Source: an uncultured archaeon
GTDB taxonomy: Archaea > Hadarchaeota > Hadarchaeia > Hadarchaeales > Hadarchaeaceae
DNA length: 30,608 nt
Direction: 5' to 3'
Assembly (NCBI GenBank): GCA_937921735.1
Contig: CAKZTQ010000001.1
Coordinates: 1 to 30,608 of the forward strand
Below the pieces are notes generated by a model. It ran no database searches, was not told the DNA's origin, and worked only from the letters and a program-made list of their open reading frames with translations. Within the stretch, counting starts at the first letter, position 1; every line of letters starts with the position of its first letter. The translations under genes and the position numbers were made by a program. Shown here piece after piece: positions 7,748-16,956 of this stretch.

Positions 7748-9252
7748 TCGGATCCCCCGAGCTTTCTGTCCCAGAGCAAGCGGTTGACCCCGTTCAGCAT
7801 CGCTTGCACGCTGGCCATGATGATGTCCCCGCTCGTGCCCCGCGCGGTGACGATGCGCTTGCCATCAGTCAGCTTGACGACGACGTCCACCACCGCGTCC
7901 GTTCCGCCCGAGATGGCGTCCACGTGGTACTCCTGGAGGCGGATGTTTGACATCCCCTCCACGACCTTCCTTATCGCGTTGATCGCCGCATCCACGGGTC
8001 CGACGCCCAAACCCGACTCTGTCACCTGTTTGTCCTCGAACCTCAACCTGACGGAGGCCGTGGGGGTGACCTTGTTGCCGCTCACCACCGTGAGCTCCTC
8101 GAGCTTCACTATCTCCTCAAAGGTTCGGCCCATCACCGCATCTACGATCGCGCGAAGCTCGGCGTCCGTGACCATCTTGCCTCTATCGCCCAGCTTCTTC
8201 ACCTGCTCGAATATCTCCCGAACTTGCTCCTTCGTCGGCTCCAGGCCCATGCGCCTGAGCTCGTTCTCTATCGCGTGCGAGCCGACGTGCTTACCGAACA
8301 CTAGCCTGCGGCGGTGGCCGATCATCTCCGGCGCTATGGGCTCGTAGGTGAGCGGATGCGCGAGAACGCCTGCCGTGTGGATGCCGGCCTCGTGCGAGAA
8401 CGCGTTCTCACCGACGATGGCCTTCGTAGGGGAGACCGGCATGCCCGTGTGGCGTTCCACGAGGCGTGAGATCTCATAGAGCTTTTTAAGCTGAATCCTT
8501 GTCTCCACGTCGTAAAACTGCGTGAGCGCCAACACGACTTCCTCCAGCGCGGCGTTGCCAGCTCGCTCCCCCAAACCGTTTACGGTCACGTGCACCTCCT
8601 GCGCGCCAGCCCTGACGGCGGCGACGGTGTTAGCCGTTGCCATGCCGAAGTCGTTGTGGCAATGGGCCGCTACTGGCACGTCGACCGTTTGAACGATCTC
8701 GGCGAACAGTTCGTATGCGCGCTCCGGCGTCAGGACCCCGACGGTGTCGCACACACAAACGCGGTGGGCGCCCTCCTCGATGCCGCTGAGAAAGATCTCC
8801 TTCAGGTACGTCAAATCCGAGCGGCTCGCGTCCTCGGCGGACAATTCCACGGTGAGGCCATGTTCGATCGCGTACCGCACCGCATCGAGTGCCATCTCCT
8901 TCACCTCCCCCCTGCTCTTCCTGAGCTTGTACTGTAGGTGCAGGTCGGAGGTCGGGACCACCAAGTGGACGCTGTCCACGTCGCAGGCGAGGGCCGCATC
9001 GATGTCGGAGCGTAGAGCGCGGGTGAAGCTACATATCTCGGCATTGAGGCCGGCGTTGGAGATCATCTTGATCGCCTGCCGCTCCCCCTCAGAGGTTATC
9101 GCTGATCCCGCCTCTATGATATCCACCCCCAGCTCGTCGAGGGCCTTAGCTATCTCCAGCTTTTGCTCCGGCGTAAGGGCTACACCGGGCGTTTGTTCGC
9201 CGTCGCGCAGGGTGGTGTCGAGTATTTTTATCGACCGCTTCGACATATTCAT
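7744..9252 (-). CDS. cimA: (R)-citramalate synthase (LeuA/CimA family)
   Basis: DTTLRDGEQ and HCHNDFG metal motif. [26 protein letters not shown] and ELSAED resemble archaeal CimA (recalled from the M. jannaschii enzyme). C-terminal regulatory domain with GVGPVDA. Confidence 0.8.
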   Translation of the reverse strand: MNMSKRSIKILDTTLRDGEQTPGVALTPEQKLEIAKALDELGVDIIEAGSAITSEGERQAIKMISNAGLNAEICSFTRALRSDIDAALACDVDSVHLVVPTSDLHLQYKLRKSRGEVKEMALDAVRYAIEHGLTVELSAEDASRSDLTYLKEIFLSGIEEGAHRVCVCDTVGVLTPERAYELFAEIVQTVDVPVAAHCHNDFGMATANTVAAVRAGAQEVHVTVNGLGERAGNAALEEVVLALTQFYDVETRIQLKKLYEISRLVERHTGMPVSPTKAIVGENAFSHEAGIHTAGVLAHPLTYEPIAPEMIGHRRRLVFGKHVGSHAIENELRRMGLEPTKEQVREIFEQVKKLGDRGKMVTDAELRAIVDAVMGRTFEEIVKLEELTVVSGNKVTPTASVRLRFEDKQVTESGLGVGPVDAAINAIRKVVEGMSNIRLQEYHVDAISGGTDAVVDVVVKLTDGKRIVTARGTSGDIIMASVQAMLNGVNRLLWDRKLGGSE

Positions 9253-9281
9253 GCCCTTTTTTCGTCCATACTTATACTCCT

Positions 9282-9308
9282 TGAAAGGTATTTTAATGTC
9301 CTACATTA
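9282..9308. promoter_or_regulatory. Divergent cimA/leuA promoter: BRE/TATA plus an overlapping inverted repeat
   Basis: GAAAGG-TATTTTAAT followed by TAATGT-CCT-ACATTA (9294-9308) in a 75-bp AT-rich intergenic region. Confidence 0.5.
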
Positions 9309-9327
9309 GAAGCTGTTTGGTGGTCGC

Positions 9328-10878
9328 GTGCCCGAAGGCATTTTCGTCAGCGATTACGCCAAACACGTAGCCAGCGAGCTGAAGTTGCCGAAGAACGTTA
9401 GGATATTCGACACCACGCTTAGGGATGGGGAGCAGACGCCTGGGGTCTCCTTCACACCCGATCAAAAAATGCTCATCGCCCGCCAGCTCGACAAGCTTGG
9501 GGTGGATACGATCGAGGCGGGCACGCCCGTGTCCTCGGAGGGCGAGAGGAAGGCCGTGACCGCCATCGCCCAAGCAGGCCTGAGCGCGGAGATATGTGCG
9601 TTAGCGAGGCCAGTTAAGGAGGACGTCGATGCGGCGCTCGACAGCGGAGTGGATTGCGTTCACATCTTCATCAGCACGTCCGATCTGCACCTCAAGCACA
9701 TGCTCAAGATGACTAGGGAGCAGGTGCTCAGGAGGGCAATGAAGTACGTGGAATACGCCAAGGATCACGGGGTAACGGTCGAGTTCTCAGCCATGGACGC
9801 GACCAGGACCGACCTTGAGTTCCTGAAAAAGATCTATCGAGCCGTGGTGGAGGCCGGGGCCGATCGCATAAACGTCCCCGACACCGTGGGCGTGATAACA
9901 CCGCGAGGCATGTACTACCTCATAAGCGAGCTGAAGCAGGTGGTGAAGGTACCCATAAGCGTGCATTGCCACGACGATTTCGGCATGGCGACCTCTAACT
10001 CGCTCGCGGCCGTTGAGGCGGGGGCGGAACAGGTGCAGGTGGCCGTCAACGGGTTGGGCGAGCGCGCGGGCAATGCTTCGCTGGAGGAGGTGGTGATGGG
10101 CCTGCGCGCGCTCTACGGGATCAAGACGAACGTGAGGACCGAGCTGCTCGTCGAGACCTCCGAGCTGGTCGAGCGCCTAACTGGCATAACGGTGCCGCCC
10201 AACAAGGCGATCGTGGGGGATAACGCGTTCGCTCATGTCTCCGGCATCCATGCCCACGGCGTGCTCGAGTTTCCGGGCACCTATGAGCCCATCTCCCCCG
10301 AGCTCGTGGGACACCGCCGCCGCATAGAGCTGGGCAAGCTCACGGGCAGGCACTCCGTCGAGAAGCAGCTCAGGGACCTAGGCGTGCGCGTGACCAAGAA
10401 ACAGCTGGCTGAGATCACCAAGCGCGTCAAGGACCTCGGGGACAAGGGTAAGGTGATCACGGACCTCGACCTGCGCGCCATAGCGGAAAGCGTGCTCGGC
10501 ACCTTGCCGCCGGAGGAGAAGGTGGTCGAGCTCAAGGAGGCGACGGTGCTCACGGGCAGCACGGTGACGCCGACCGCGTCGGTGAGGGTCCTCGTCAGGG
10601 GACAGGAGCGCATGGGCTCCGCCACCGGCGTGGGCCCCGTCGACGCCGCGATCAACGCCATTCGCAACGTGATGCAGGAGATCTCCAAGCTCAGGCTTAA
10701 GGAGTACCACCTCGACGCGATCACCGGGGGCAGCGACGCGTTGGCGGAGGTCACGGTGAAGCTGGAGGACGAGGAGGGCAACCTCTACATAGCTAAGGGC
10801 GTGCGGGAGGACGTGGTCATAGCCAGCGTCGAGGCGATGATAAATGGCATCAACCGCTACTTCGCGGGGCGGAAGTAG
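9328..10878 (+). CDS. leuA: 2-isopropylmalate synthase (LeuA-like)
   Basis: [28 protein letters not shown] and a C-terminal allosteric domain. The N-terminal extension resembles archaeal LeuA. Confidence 0.75.
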   Translation: MPEGIFVSDYAKHVASELKLPKNVRIFDTTLRDGEQTPGVSFTPDQKMLIARQLDKLGVDTIEAGTPVSSEGERKAVTAIAQAGLSAEICALARPVKEDVDAALDSGVDCVHIFISTSDLHLKHMLKMTREQVLRRAMKYVEYAKDHGVTVEFSAMDATRTDLEFLKKIYRAVVEAGADRINVPDTVGVITPRGMYYLISELKQVVKVPISVHCHDDFGMATSNSLAAVEAGAEQVQVAVNGLGERAGNASLEEVVMGLRALYGIKTNVRTELLVETSELVERLTGITVPPNKAIVGDNAFAHVSGIHAHGVLEFPGTYEPISPELVGHRRRIELGKLTGRHSVEKQLRDLGVRVTKKQLAEITKRVKDLGDKGKVITDLDLRAIAESVLGTLPPEEKVVELKEATVLTGSTVTPTASVRVLVRGQERMGSATGVGPVDAAINAIRNVMQEISKLRLKEYHLDAITGGSDALAEVTVKLEDEEGNLYIAKGVREDVVIASVEAMINGINRYFAGRK

Positions 10879-10889
10879 GGGGAGGGGGT

Positions 10890-11168
10890 TTGGAGAAACG
10901 GGAGCAGAAGATGGAGGGGAAGGAGAAGTTCCCCGTGCTTCGGCTGAGCGTGCCCAAGGATGGAGGCTACCAGGACTTCGAGATACCCATCAAGGCTAGG
11001 CTGACGATGTTTTTGCCCAAGGGCAGCCACATCCAAGCTAGGGAGAAGTTCATCGAGTACGTGCGAATTCCGATCGACGAGAGGCGGAGCGTCTTCATAA
11101 ACTTCGGGAGCAAGGGGAAGCTAGGTTTCTACGCCTCCGTCAGGGTACATGAGCGGGAAAAGACGTAG
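10890..11168 (+). CDS. Hypothetical small protein (85-92 aa)
   Basis: Follows leuA by 11 bp with a G-rich RBS (GGGGAGGGGG). Codon usage matches the neighbours. No recognised family; alternative ATG at 10911. Confidence 0.7.
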   Translation: MEKREQKMEGKEKFPVLRLSVPKDGGYQDFEIPIKARLTMFLPKGSHIQAREKFIEYVRIPIDERRSVFINFGSKGKLGFYASVRVHEREKT

Positions 11169-11338
11169 TAGCTGGCTCCCATCAAATCATCGACACTTGG
11201 CTGCTCCCGATCGAGATTATGACGATCGCTGTCGCAGCCCGATGCGCGGCCAGCGTCTTGGTTTTGAGAAGCGATCGCCGGGAGAAGAGGTCAGAGCAAA
11301 ATAACACGTGCAAACGGATGCTAAAGGAAACGCCGAGA

Positions 11339-12463
11339 TTACATCTCCCTTATTTTTTCCGCCACCGCGTCGCCAACGTCGGAGGTGCTCGATCTTCCGC
11401 CCAGGTCGTAGGTCCTGACCTTGCCCTCCTTTAAAACCTCGATCACCGCTCGCTCGACCTTCCTCGCCGCCTCGGCTTCGCCTAGGTGCTCGAGCATCAT
11501 TTGGCCAGCCAAGATCGTTGCCAGCGGGTTGGCTACGTTTTTGCCCGCGTGCCTGGGCGCTGAGCCATGGATGGGCTCGAACATGCTCACGCCTTCAGGG
11601 TTGATGTTGCCTCCCGGTGCCAACCCTAGGCCTCCCTGCAGCATCGCGCCTAAATCGGTCAAGATGTCACCGAACATGTTGGGCGTCACTACGACCTGGT
11701 ACCACTCCGGATTCTTTACGAACCACATGGCTACGGCGTCGACGAAGGCGAACTCCGTCTCGATGTCGGGGTACTCTTTTGCTACCCGCTCGAAGACCTC
11801 GCGCCAGAGGCTGTAGACGTGCGTGAGGACGTTTGCCTTGTCCACCGACGTCACGCGCCGCTTGCCCTTCGCCCTGGCTAGCTCGAACGCGTAGCGTATC
11901 ACCCGCTCAGCTCCCTTCCGGCTTATCACGCCTATCTGGTACGCGATCTCGTCGCGGTCGACGTCGATGTCCAAGCCGAACTTTGCCTCGTAGATCGAGC
12001 GCAAGACCTCCAGCTCAGCGCGAGACTTCCCGCTGGCCCGCCCGCCGATGGCGACGTAAAAGTCCTCGGTGTTCTCCCTCACGACGTAGAAGTCGATGTG
12101 CCCTGGACCCTTGCCGATGAGGGGGCACGGCACGCCAGGGTAAAGCTTGACTGGGCGAAGGTTGACGTACTGCTCGAAGTAGAAGCGCAGCCTCAGCAGG
12201 ATCCCTTGCTCCAGCACGCCCGTCGGCACCCTGGGGTCGCCGAGCGCCCCTAGGTAGATCGCGTCCATCTTCTCTAGCTGTTTTAGCCCCTCCTCGGACA
12301 CCAGCTCGCCGGTCTTGAGATAGTGCTCCGCGCCGTAGGGGAACTCCACGAACTCGAAGCTCAGCCCGGGCGTCGAGTCCTCGACCGCGTGCAGGACCTT
12401 GACGCCCTCGCGGATGACTTCAGGCCCGATGCCGTCGCCGGGTATCACGGCGATCTTATACAT
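11339..12463 (-). CDS. leuB: 3-isopropylmalate dehydrogenase (isocitrate/isopropylmalate dehydrogenase family)
   Basis: [35 protein letters not shown] and FEPIHGSAP. Start placed at ATG 12463. Confidence 0.85.
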   Translation of the reverse strand: MYKIAVIPGDGIGPEVIREGVKVLHAVEDSTPGLSFEFVEFPYGAEHYLKTGELVSEEGLKQLEKMDAIYLGALGDPRVPTGVLEQGILLRLRFYFEQYVNLRPVKLYPGVPCPLIGKGPGHIDFYVVRENTEDFYVAIGGRASGKSRAELEVLRSIYEAKFGLDIDVDRDEIAYQIGVISRKGAERVIRYAFELARAKGKRRVTSVDKANVLTHVYSLWREVFERVAKEYPDIETEFAFVDAVAMWFVKNPEWYQVVVTPNMFGDILTDLGAMLQGGLGLAPGGNINPEGVSMFEPIHGSAPRHAGKNVANPLATILAGQMMLEHLGEAEAARKVERAVIEVLKEGKVRTYDLGGRSSTSDVGDAVAEKIREM

Positions 12464-12528
12464 CCCATCACCGAGCGGATTGCTTTTTACCCCAGTGCTC
12501 TTAAGCTTACACGTTCGAGGCATTTCCG

Positions 12529-13119
12529 ATGAAGGCGGAAGAAAAACTGAGGTTAAACAATAGGTTGACCTACTTGGCCACCATCGTCCTCACCGCTTAC
12601 TTCTTTCTGGTCTTCTTCTTCCTGATCCTGCCCAAGCTACCCCAAACCCCCTCCGAGCTAGGGGAATGGAGGGTGGCGATCACCTCTTGGAACTTGGGGG
12701 GCTCGACGATGTTTACGCTGGTGTTCAGGATCCAGCTCCTGCGGGGCGCTTTGGACAGGCTCAGCAACAGGAAGAAGAGGATGAGTGTAACCCCATGGGT
12801 ATGGTTTTGGTTTATTGGCTTGACGGTGGTCGGCTCCTTGAGCTTGATCACCGTGGCCTACAGCTATCTCTACCCCGGCATCTTCGCCTCGCAGAGGGCC
12901 ACGTTCCTCCAGAATTCCCTCACTTGGCTTTCCCTCGTGCTTTGGGTGGCGCTTATAGCCTTATCGATCTCGCTCCTGAGCGAGTGCCGTAAGTGCCCGA
13001 GCGGGCTCGAGGAGATCAAGGCAGCGCTGAGGATCCATAGGTGGTTGCTGGGACCATCGACCGCGGCCTTCTTCCTATTCTCGGTGGTCGTGGCCCCGAC
13101 TTCCTTCTTCTTCATTTGA
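12529..13119 (+). CDS. Hypothetical membrane protein (about 5 TM segments)
   Basis: 196 aa with five hydrophobic stretches and a CRKC motif. Fills the gap between leuB and leuD; AT-rich promoter-like sequence at about 12483-12508. Confidence 0.7.
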   Translation: MKAEEKLRLNNRLTYLATIVLTAYFFLVFFFLILPKLPQTPSELGEWRVAITSWNLGGSTMFTLVFRIQLLRGALDRLSNRKKRMSVTPWVWFWFIGLTVVGSLSLITVAYSYLYPGIFASQRATFLQNSLTWLSLVLWVALIALSISLLSECRKCPSGLEEIKAALRIHRWLLGPSTAAFFLFSVVVAPTSFFFI

Positions 13120-13612
13120 AGGCCCCGGGCTTCCCGCTGGTTTGTTTGAGGTAGGGAATCATGCCTCCGGCTCGAAGTATCCTCATGATGAACTCAGGCA
13201 TCGGTTGGAACTTGAACGTCTTGCCCGTGCTCAGGTTGCGCACCTCCCCGGCCTCGAGGTCGACTTCGACGATATCGCCAGACTTGAAGCCTCCCCTGAC
13301 CCCCTTGCAGACCACGGCCGGTAGCCCTTGGTTTATGGCGTTGCGGAAGAATATCCTAGCGAAGGATTCCGCCACGATCGCCGAAATCCCAGCCGCCTTC
13401 AGCGCTATCGCCGCATGCTCTCGACTCGAGCCACATCCGAAGTTGCGACCTGCGATGATGACGTCCCCTTTGCTTACCTTGCTCGCGAACTTAGGGTCGA
13501 TCGCCTCCATCACGTGCCTCGCGAGCTCTTGGGGATCGGTCTTCACTAAATAACGCCCGGCTATTATCTGGTCGGTGTCGACGTCGTCGCCGAACACCCA
13601 CGCGCGGGCCAT
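13112..13612 (-). CDS. leuD: 3-isopropylmalate dehydratase small subunit
   Basis: GDDVDTDQII, NFGCGSSREHA and SFARIFFRNAINQGLP. Confidence 0.93.
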   Translation of the reverse strand: MARAWVFGDDVDTDQIIAGRYLVKTDPQELARHVMEAIDPKFASKVSKGDVIIAGRNFGCGSSREHAAIALKAAGISAIVAESFARIFFRNAINQGLPAVVCKGVRGGFKSGDIVEVDLEAGEVRNLSTGKTFKFQPMPEFIMRILRAGGMIPYLKQTSGKPGAFK

Positions 13613-14868
13613 CAGATATCCCTCGGGTCGGCGATGGCGCCTCTAACGGCGGAGGCCGCGACGGTAGCTGGGGAGGCGAGGTAAATCTTCGCGTCCGGGC
13701 TTCCCATCCTCCCTCTGAAGTTTCGGTTGGAGGAAGATATGCAGACCTCACCAGGACCTAAGATGCCGGTGTGCCCACCCATGCAGGCGGCGCAGCAGGG
13801 CGGCTCCACTAGGGCGCCGGCCTCGACGAATATCTTCATGATACCGCGGTCGAGCGCCTGCAGGTAGACCTCCCTCGAAGCAGGTGCGACTATCATCCTC
13901 ACGCTTTTCGGGATGCGCCTTCGCTTCAGGATCTTCGCCGCTTGCAGGAGATCCTCGAACCTGCCATTGGTGCAGCTACCCAAGAAAGCTTGGTCGATCT
14001 CCACCCCCTCGACCTCCCTCACCGCGCGCACGTCGTCGACGCTATGCGGGCAGGCCACTTGTGGCTCGAGCTCGCTCGCGTCGTAGGTGAGTTCTTCGAC
14101 GTAAGTTGCGCCGCGATCGCTTTGCACCACCTTGTAGGGCTCCCTCGCCCTCCCGGCTAGGTAACGCTTGCTCTTGGCATCGGAGGGCACCATCGCCGTC
14201 TTGGCCCCCATCTCGACGGCCATGTTGCACATAGTCATCCTCCCTCCGACGCTTATGTCTCGCATGCCCTCGCCGACGAACTCGACCGAGCGGTAGCTCG
14301 CCCCATCAGCGCCGAGGTCGCCTATGATGTAGAGGATGAGGTCCTTCGCGGCCACTCGCCTGGGCAGCTTCCCTTCGATCTCTATCCTCATGCTCTCGGG
14401 CACGCGAAGCCAGAGCTTGCCGGTGGCGAAGACCGACACCATGTCCGTCGAGCCTATGCCCGTCGCGAAGCACCCGAAGGCGCCATAGGTGCAGGTATGC
14501 GAGTCTGCGCCGACTATCAAGCGCCCCGGCAGTGCAAAACCCTTCTCGGGCAGCACTTGGTGGCAGATGCCCTCGAACACATCGTAGAAGTTCTCGATCC
14601 CCTGCTCTCGCACGAACTCGCGCAGCAGGATGTGGTTTTTCGCCGCGTCGATGGAGTCGGCAGGCACTTGGTGGTCGAACACCACCACTATCTTGCTGGG
14701 ATCCCAGACCTTTTCCACGCCGACCTCCCGCAGGCCTTCGACGACCATCGGGCCAGTGATGTCGTGGACCATCGCCACGTCCACCTCGGCCTCTACGATC
14801 TCGCCGGGGGCGACGCGTTCACGCTTCGAAGCCCTGGCGAGGATCTTCTCTGCCATAGTCATGGCCAA
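13612..14868 (-). CDS. leuC: 3-isopropylmalate dehydratase large subunit
   Basis: Aconitase motifs DHQVP, GICHQV, DSHTCTYGA, GSCTNGR, CAACMG and NRNFRGRMG. Confidence 0.93.
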   Translation of the reverse strand: MAMTMAEKILARASKRERVAPGEIVEAEVDVAMVHDITGPMVVEGLREVGVEKVWDPSKIVVVFDHQVPADSIDAAKNHILLREFVREQGIENFYDVFEGICHQVLPEKGFALPGRLIVGADSHTCTYGAFGCFATGIGSTDMVSVFATGKLWLRVPESMRIEIEGKLPRRVAAKDLILYIIGDLGADGASYRSVEFVGEGMRDISVGGRMTMCNMAVEMGAKTAMVPSDAKSKRYLAGRAREPYKVVQSDRGATYVEELTYDASELEPQVACPHSVDDVRAVREVEGVEIDQAFLGSCTNGRFEDLLQAAKILKRRRIPKSVRMIVAPASREVYLQALDRGIMKIFVEAGALVEPPCCAACMGGHTGILGPGEVCISSSNRNFRGRMGSPDAKIYLASPATVAASAVRGAIADPRDI

Positions 14869-14872
14869 GCTA

Positions 14873-16531
14873 TCACCTGCAGATGGCGCCCTCGGCGGCG
14901 GAGCTCACTATCCGCGAGTAAAGGGCAAGGTATCCTTTCTTCACCCTTGGTTCAGGGGGCTTGAAGTTCTGAAGCCTCTCCTTGATCTCGGAGCTCGACA
15001 GGAGCAGCTCAAGCCTGCGTTGCTTGATGTCTATCTCTATTTCGTCGCCCTCCCTGATGACGGCTATCGGCCCCCCTTCGGCAGCTTCTGGCGAGACGTG
15101 GCCCACGCACGGTCCCCTGGTGCCTCCCGAGAATCGCCCGTCCGTCACCAGCGCGACGGACTCCGAGAGCCCCATGCCCGCGACGGCGGCGGTGGAGCTC
15201 AGCATCTCGCGCATGCCGGGTCCCCCTTTTGGCCCTTCGTAGCGTATAACGATGATGTCGCCCTTTTCGATCTTTCCGTTGAGGATGGCCTTGACCGCGT
15301 CTTCCTCCCCGTCGAACACGCGCGCGGGCCCGCGGTGTCTCATCATTCGTGGGCTCACCGCCGCGTACTTCACGACCGCGCCGCGAGGGGCGAGGCTGCC
15401 GCGCAGTATCGCTATCCCTCCCTCCTTGCGGTATGGCCTCGTTACGGCCCTGATGACCTCGGGGTCGTTGATCCTAGCGTAGCGAAGGTTGTCGCGGACC
15501 GTACGTCCGGAGACGGTCAAAGGGCTGAGGTGGATGAGCTTCCCCAGCTGTTTCATCACCGCTTGCACACCTCCCGCCCGCTCCAAGTCGAGCATCGTGT
15601 GAGGTCCACCCGGGCGAAGGTTGCATATCTGCGGGGTGCGCCTGCTGAGGCGGTCGAAGACATCTAGGCTGAGATTGATGTCGAGCTCGTGGGCGATCGC
15701 AGGCAGGTGAAGTACTGTGTTCGTCGATCCACCTAGCGCGAGGTCGACGACGATCGCGTTCTCGAACGCGGCCCTCGTCATGATGTCGCTTGGCCTTATG
15801 CCCCTGCGGAGCAGCTCGACCACTTTCCTACCGCTCTCCTTTGCCAAGCGCTTCTTCTTGGCGTCGATGGCGTGGGCGGTCGCCATGCCGGGCAGCGAGA
15901 TCCCGAGCGCCTCCGCTAGACAGGCCATGGTGTTGGCCGTGAAAAGCCCCGCACACGAGCCGCAGCCGGGGCAAGAGCGGTCCTCTATCTCCTTGGCTTC
16001 CAGTTCGCTCATCCTGCCCGCTTTCACCGCGCCAACGGCCTCGAAGGCGCTTATCACGTCCAAGCTTTGTCCTCGCCACTCGCCGGGCATCATGGGGCCC
16101 CCGGTGACGAGAATCGCCGGTATGTTGACGCGTGCGATGGCCATGAGCATACCCGGTACGATCTTGTCGCAGCTGGCCACGGCCACGACCGCGTCGAACC
16201 TATGCGCCTCGAGCACGAGTTCTAGACTATCGGCGATTATTTCTCGCGAGGGCAGGGAGTAGCACATGCCCGGTGTGCCCATCGCTATGCCATCGCATAT
16301 CGCTATGGTGTTGAATTCTAGGGGGGTCGCGCCGGCCATCCTCACGCCGGCTGCCACCGCCTCCCCGAGCTCCCGCAGGTGCACGTGCCCTGGGACGATC
16401 TGGTTGTAGGAGTTGGCGATCGCGACCAACGGACGTTTGAGGTCCTCGTCGGTCAAGCCGTCCGCCTTCAAAAGCGCCCGGCGCGGCAGGCCCTCGAGGC
16501 GGGAGACCACCTCCCTGCTTCGGAGCTTCAT
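14873..16531 (-). CDS. ilvD: Dihydroxy-acid dehydratase
   Basis: [44 protein letters not shown] and TDGRFSG. Confidence 0.96.
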   Translation of the reverse strand: MKLRSREVVSRLEGLPRRALLKADGLTDEDLKRPLVAIANSYNQIVPGHVHLRELGEAVAAGVRMAGATPLEFNTIAICDGIAMGTPGMCYSLPSREIIADSLELVLEAHRFDAVVAVASCDKIVPGMLMAIARVNIPAILVTGGPMMPGEWRGQSLDVISAFEAVGAVKAGRMSELEAKEIEDRSCPGCGSCAGLFTANTMACLAEALGISLPGMATAHAIDAKKKRLAKESGRKVVELLRRGIRPSDIMTRAAFENAIVVDLALGGSTNTVLHLPAIAHELDINLSLDVFDRLSRRTPQICNLRPGGPHTMLDLERAGGVQAVMKQLGKLIHLSPLTVSGRTVRDNLRYARINDPEVIRAVTRPYRKEGGIAILRGSLAPRGAVVKYAAVSPRMMRHRGPARVFDGEEDAVKAILNGKIEKGDIIVIRYEGPKGGPGMREMLSSTAAVAGMGLSESVALVTDGRFSGGTRGPCVGHVSPEAAEGGPIAVIREGDEIEIDIKQRRLELLLSSSEIKERLQNFKPPEPRVKKGYLALYSRIVSSAAEGAICR

Positions 16532-16698
16532 GAATTTACCCGTGAAGCATTATTTCTGGCTCTAAATATACTTTCAGCAGCGAAAGTCAGGGGTGAAGGC
16601 AAGGCCAAATGAAGTTTTCTCTCGCCTAGCCCTCGGCAACGGTTGGCTTGGATGACCAGTAAATCCTTGTCGGAAACGATTACGAGAATCACCGAATC

Positions 16699-16742
16699 CT
16701 TTAAAAACATGATTTTTTTAAGTGGACTGGGAGGAGGTTGAT
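16699..16742 (+). promoter_or_regulatory. TATA-like element, inverted repeat and RBS upstream of the ATPase operon
   Basis: CTTTAAAAA, TTAAAAA-N7-TTTTTAA (16701-16721), and a strong RBS GGAGGAGGTTGA before ATG 16745. Confidence 0.5.
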
Positions 16743-16744
16743 AA

Positions 16745-16936
16745 ATGTCGGAGGTCAAGTCCGACTTGACGGCGGACTTGTTGAGCGAGCTTCGACATAA
16801 GTTAAACGAGCTCGAGCGCCGCCTAACTGCGATCGAGCTCGCCATGGTCAACCGCCCACCCAATTCAACTCAAGCGCCCGAGGCACGTCAAGAGGCGAGC
16901 TGGTACCTCCACCGCCTTGGCACCTCCACCGCCTAG
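16745..16936 (+). CDS. Small coiled-coil hypothetical protein
   Basis: Strong RBS and a heptad pattern (LLSELRHKLNELERRLTAIE). First gene of an apparent three-gene operon. Confidence 0.7.
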   Translation: MSEVKSDLTADLLSELRHKLNELERRLTAIELAMVNRPPNSTQAPEARQEASWYLHRLGTSTA

Positions 16937-16956
16937 CGTAGAGATGGGGGGCATGG

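Noticed and set aside
11219-11434. 71-aa ORF overlapping the 3' end of leuB
   Set aside because: No clear RBS and a 96-bp antisense overlap. At most a relic, as discussed under findings.
14630-15667. 345-aa antisense ORF over ilvD/leuC (and similar, e.g. 19851-20894)
   Set aside because: Antisense shadows of well-supported genes.
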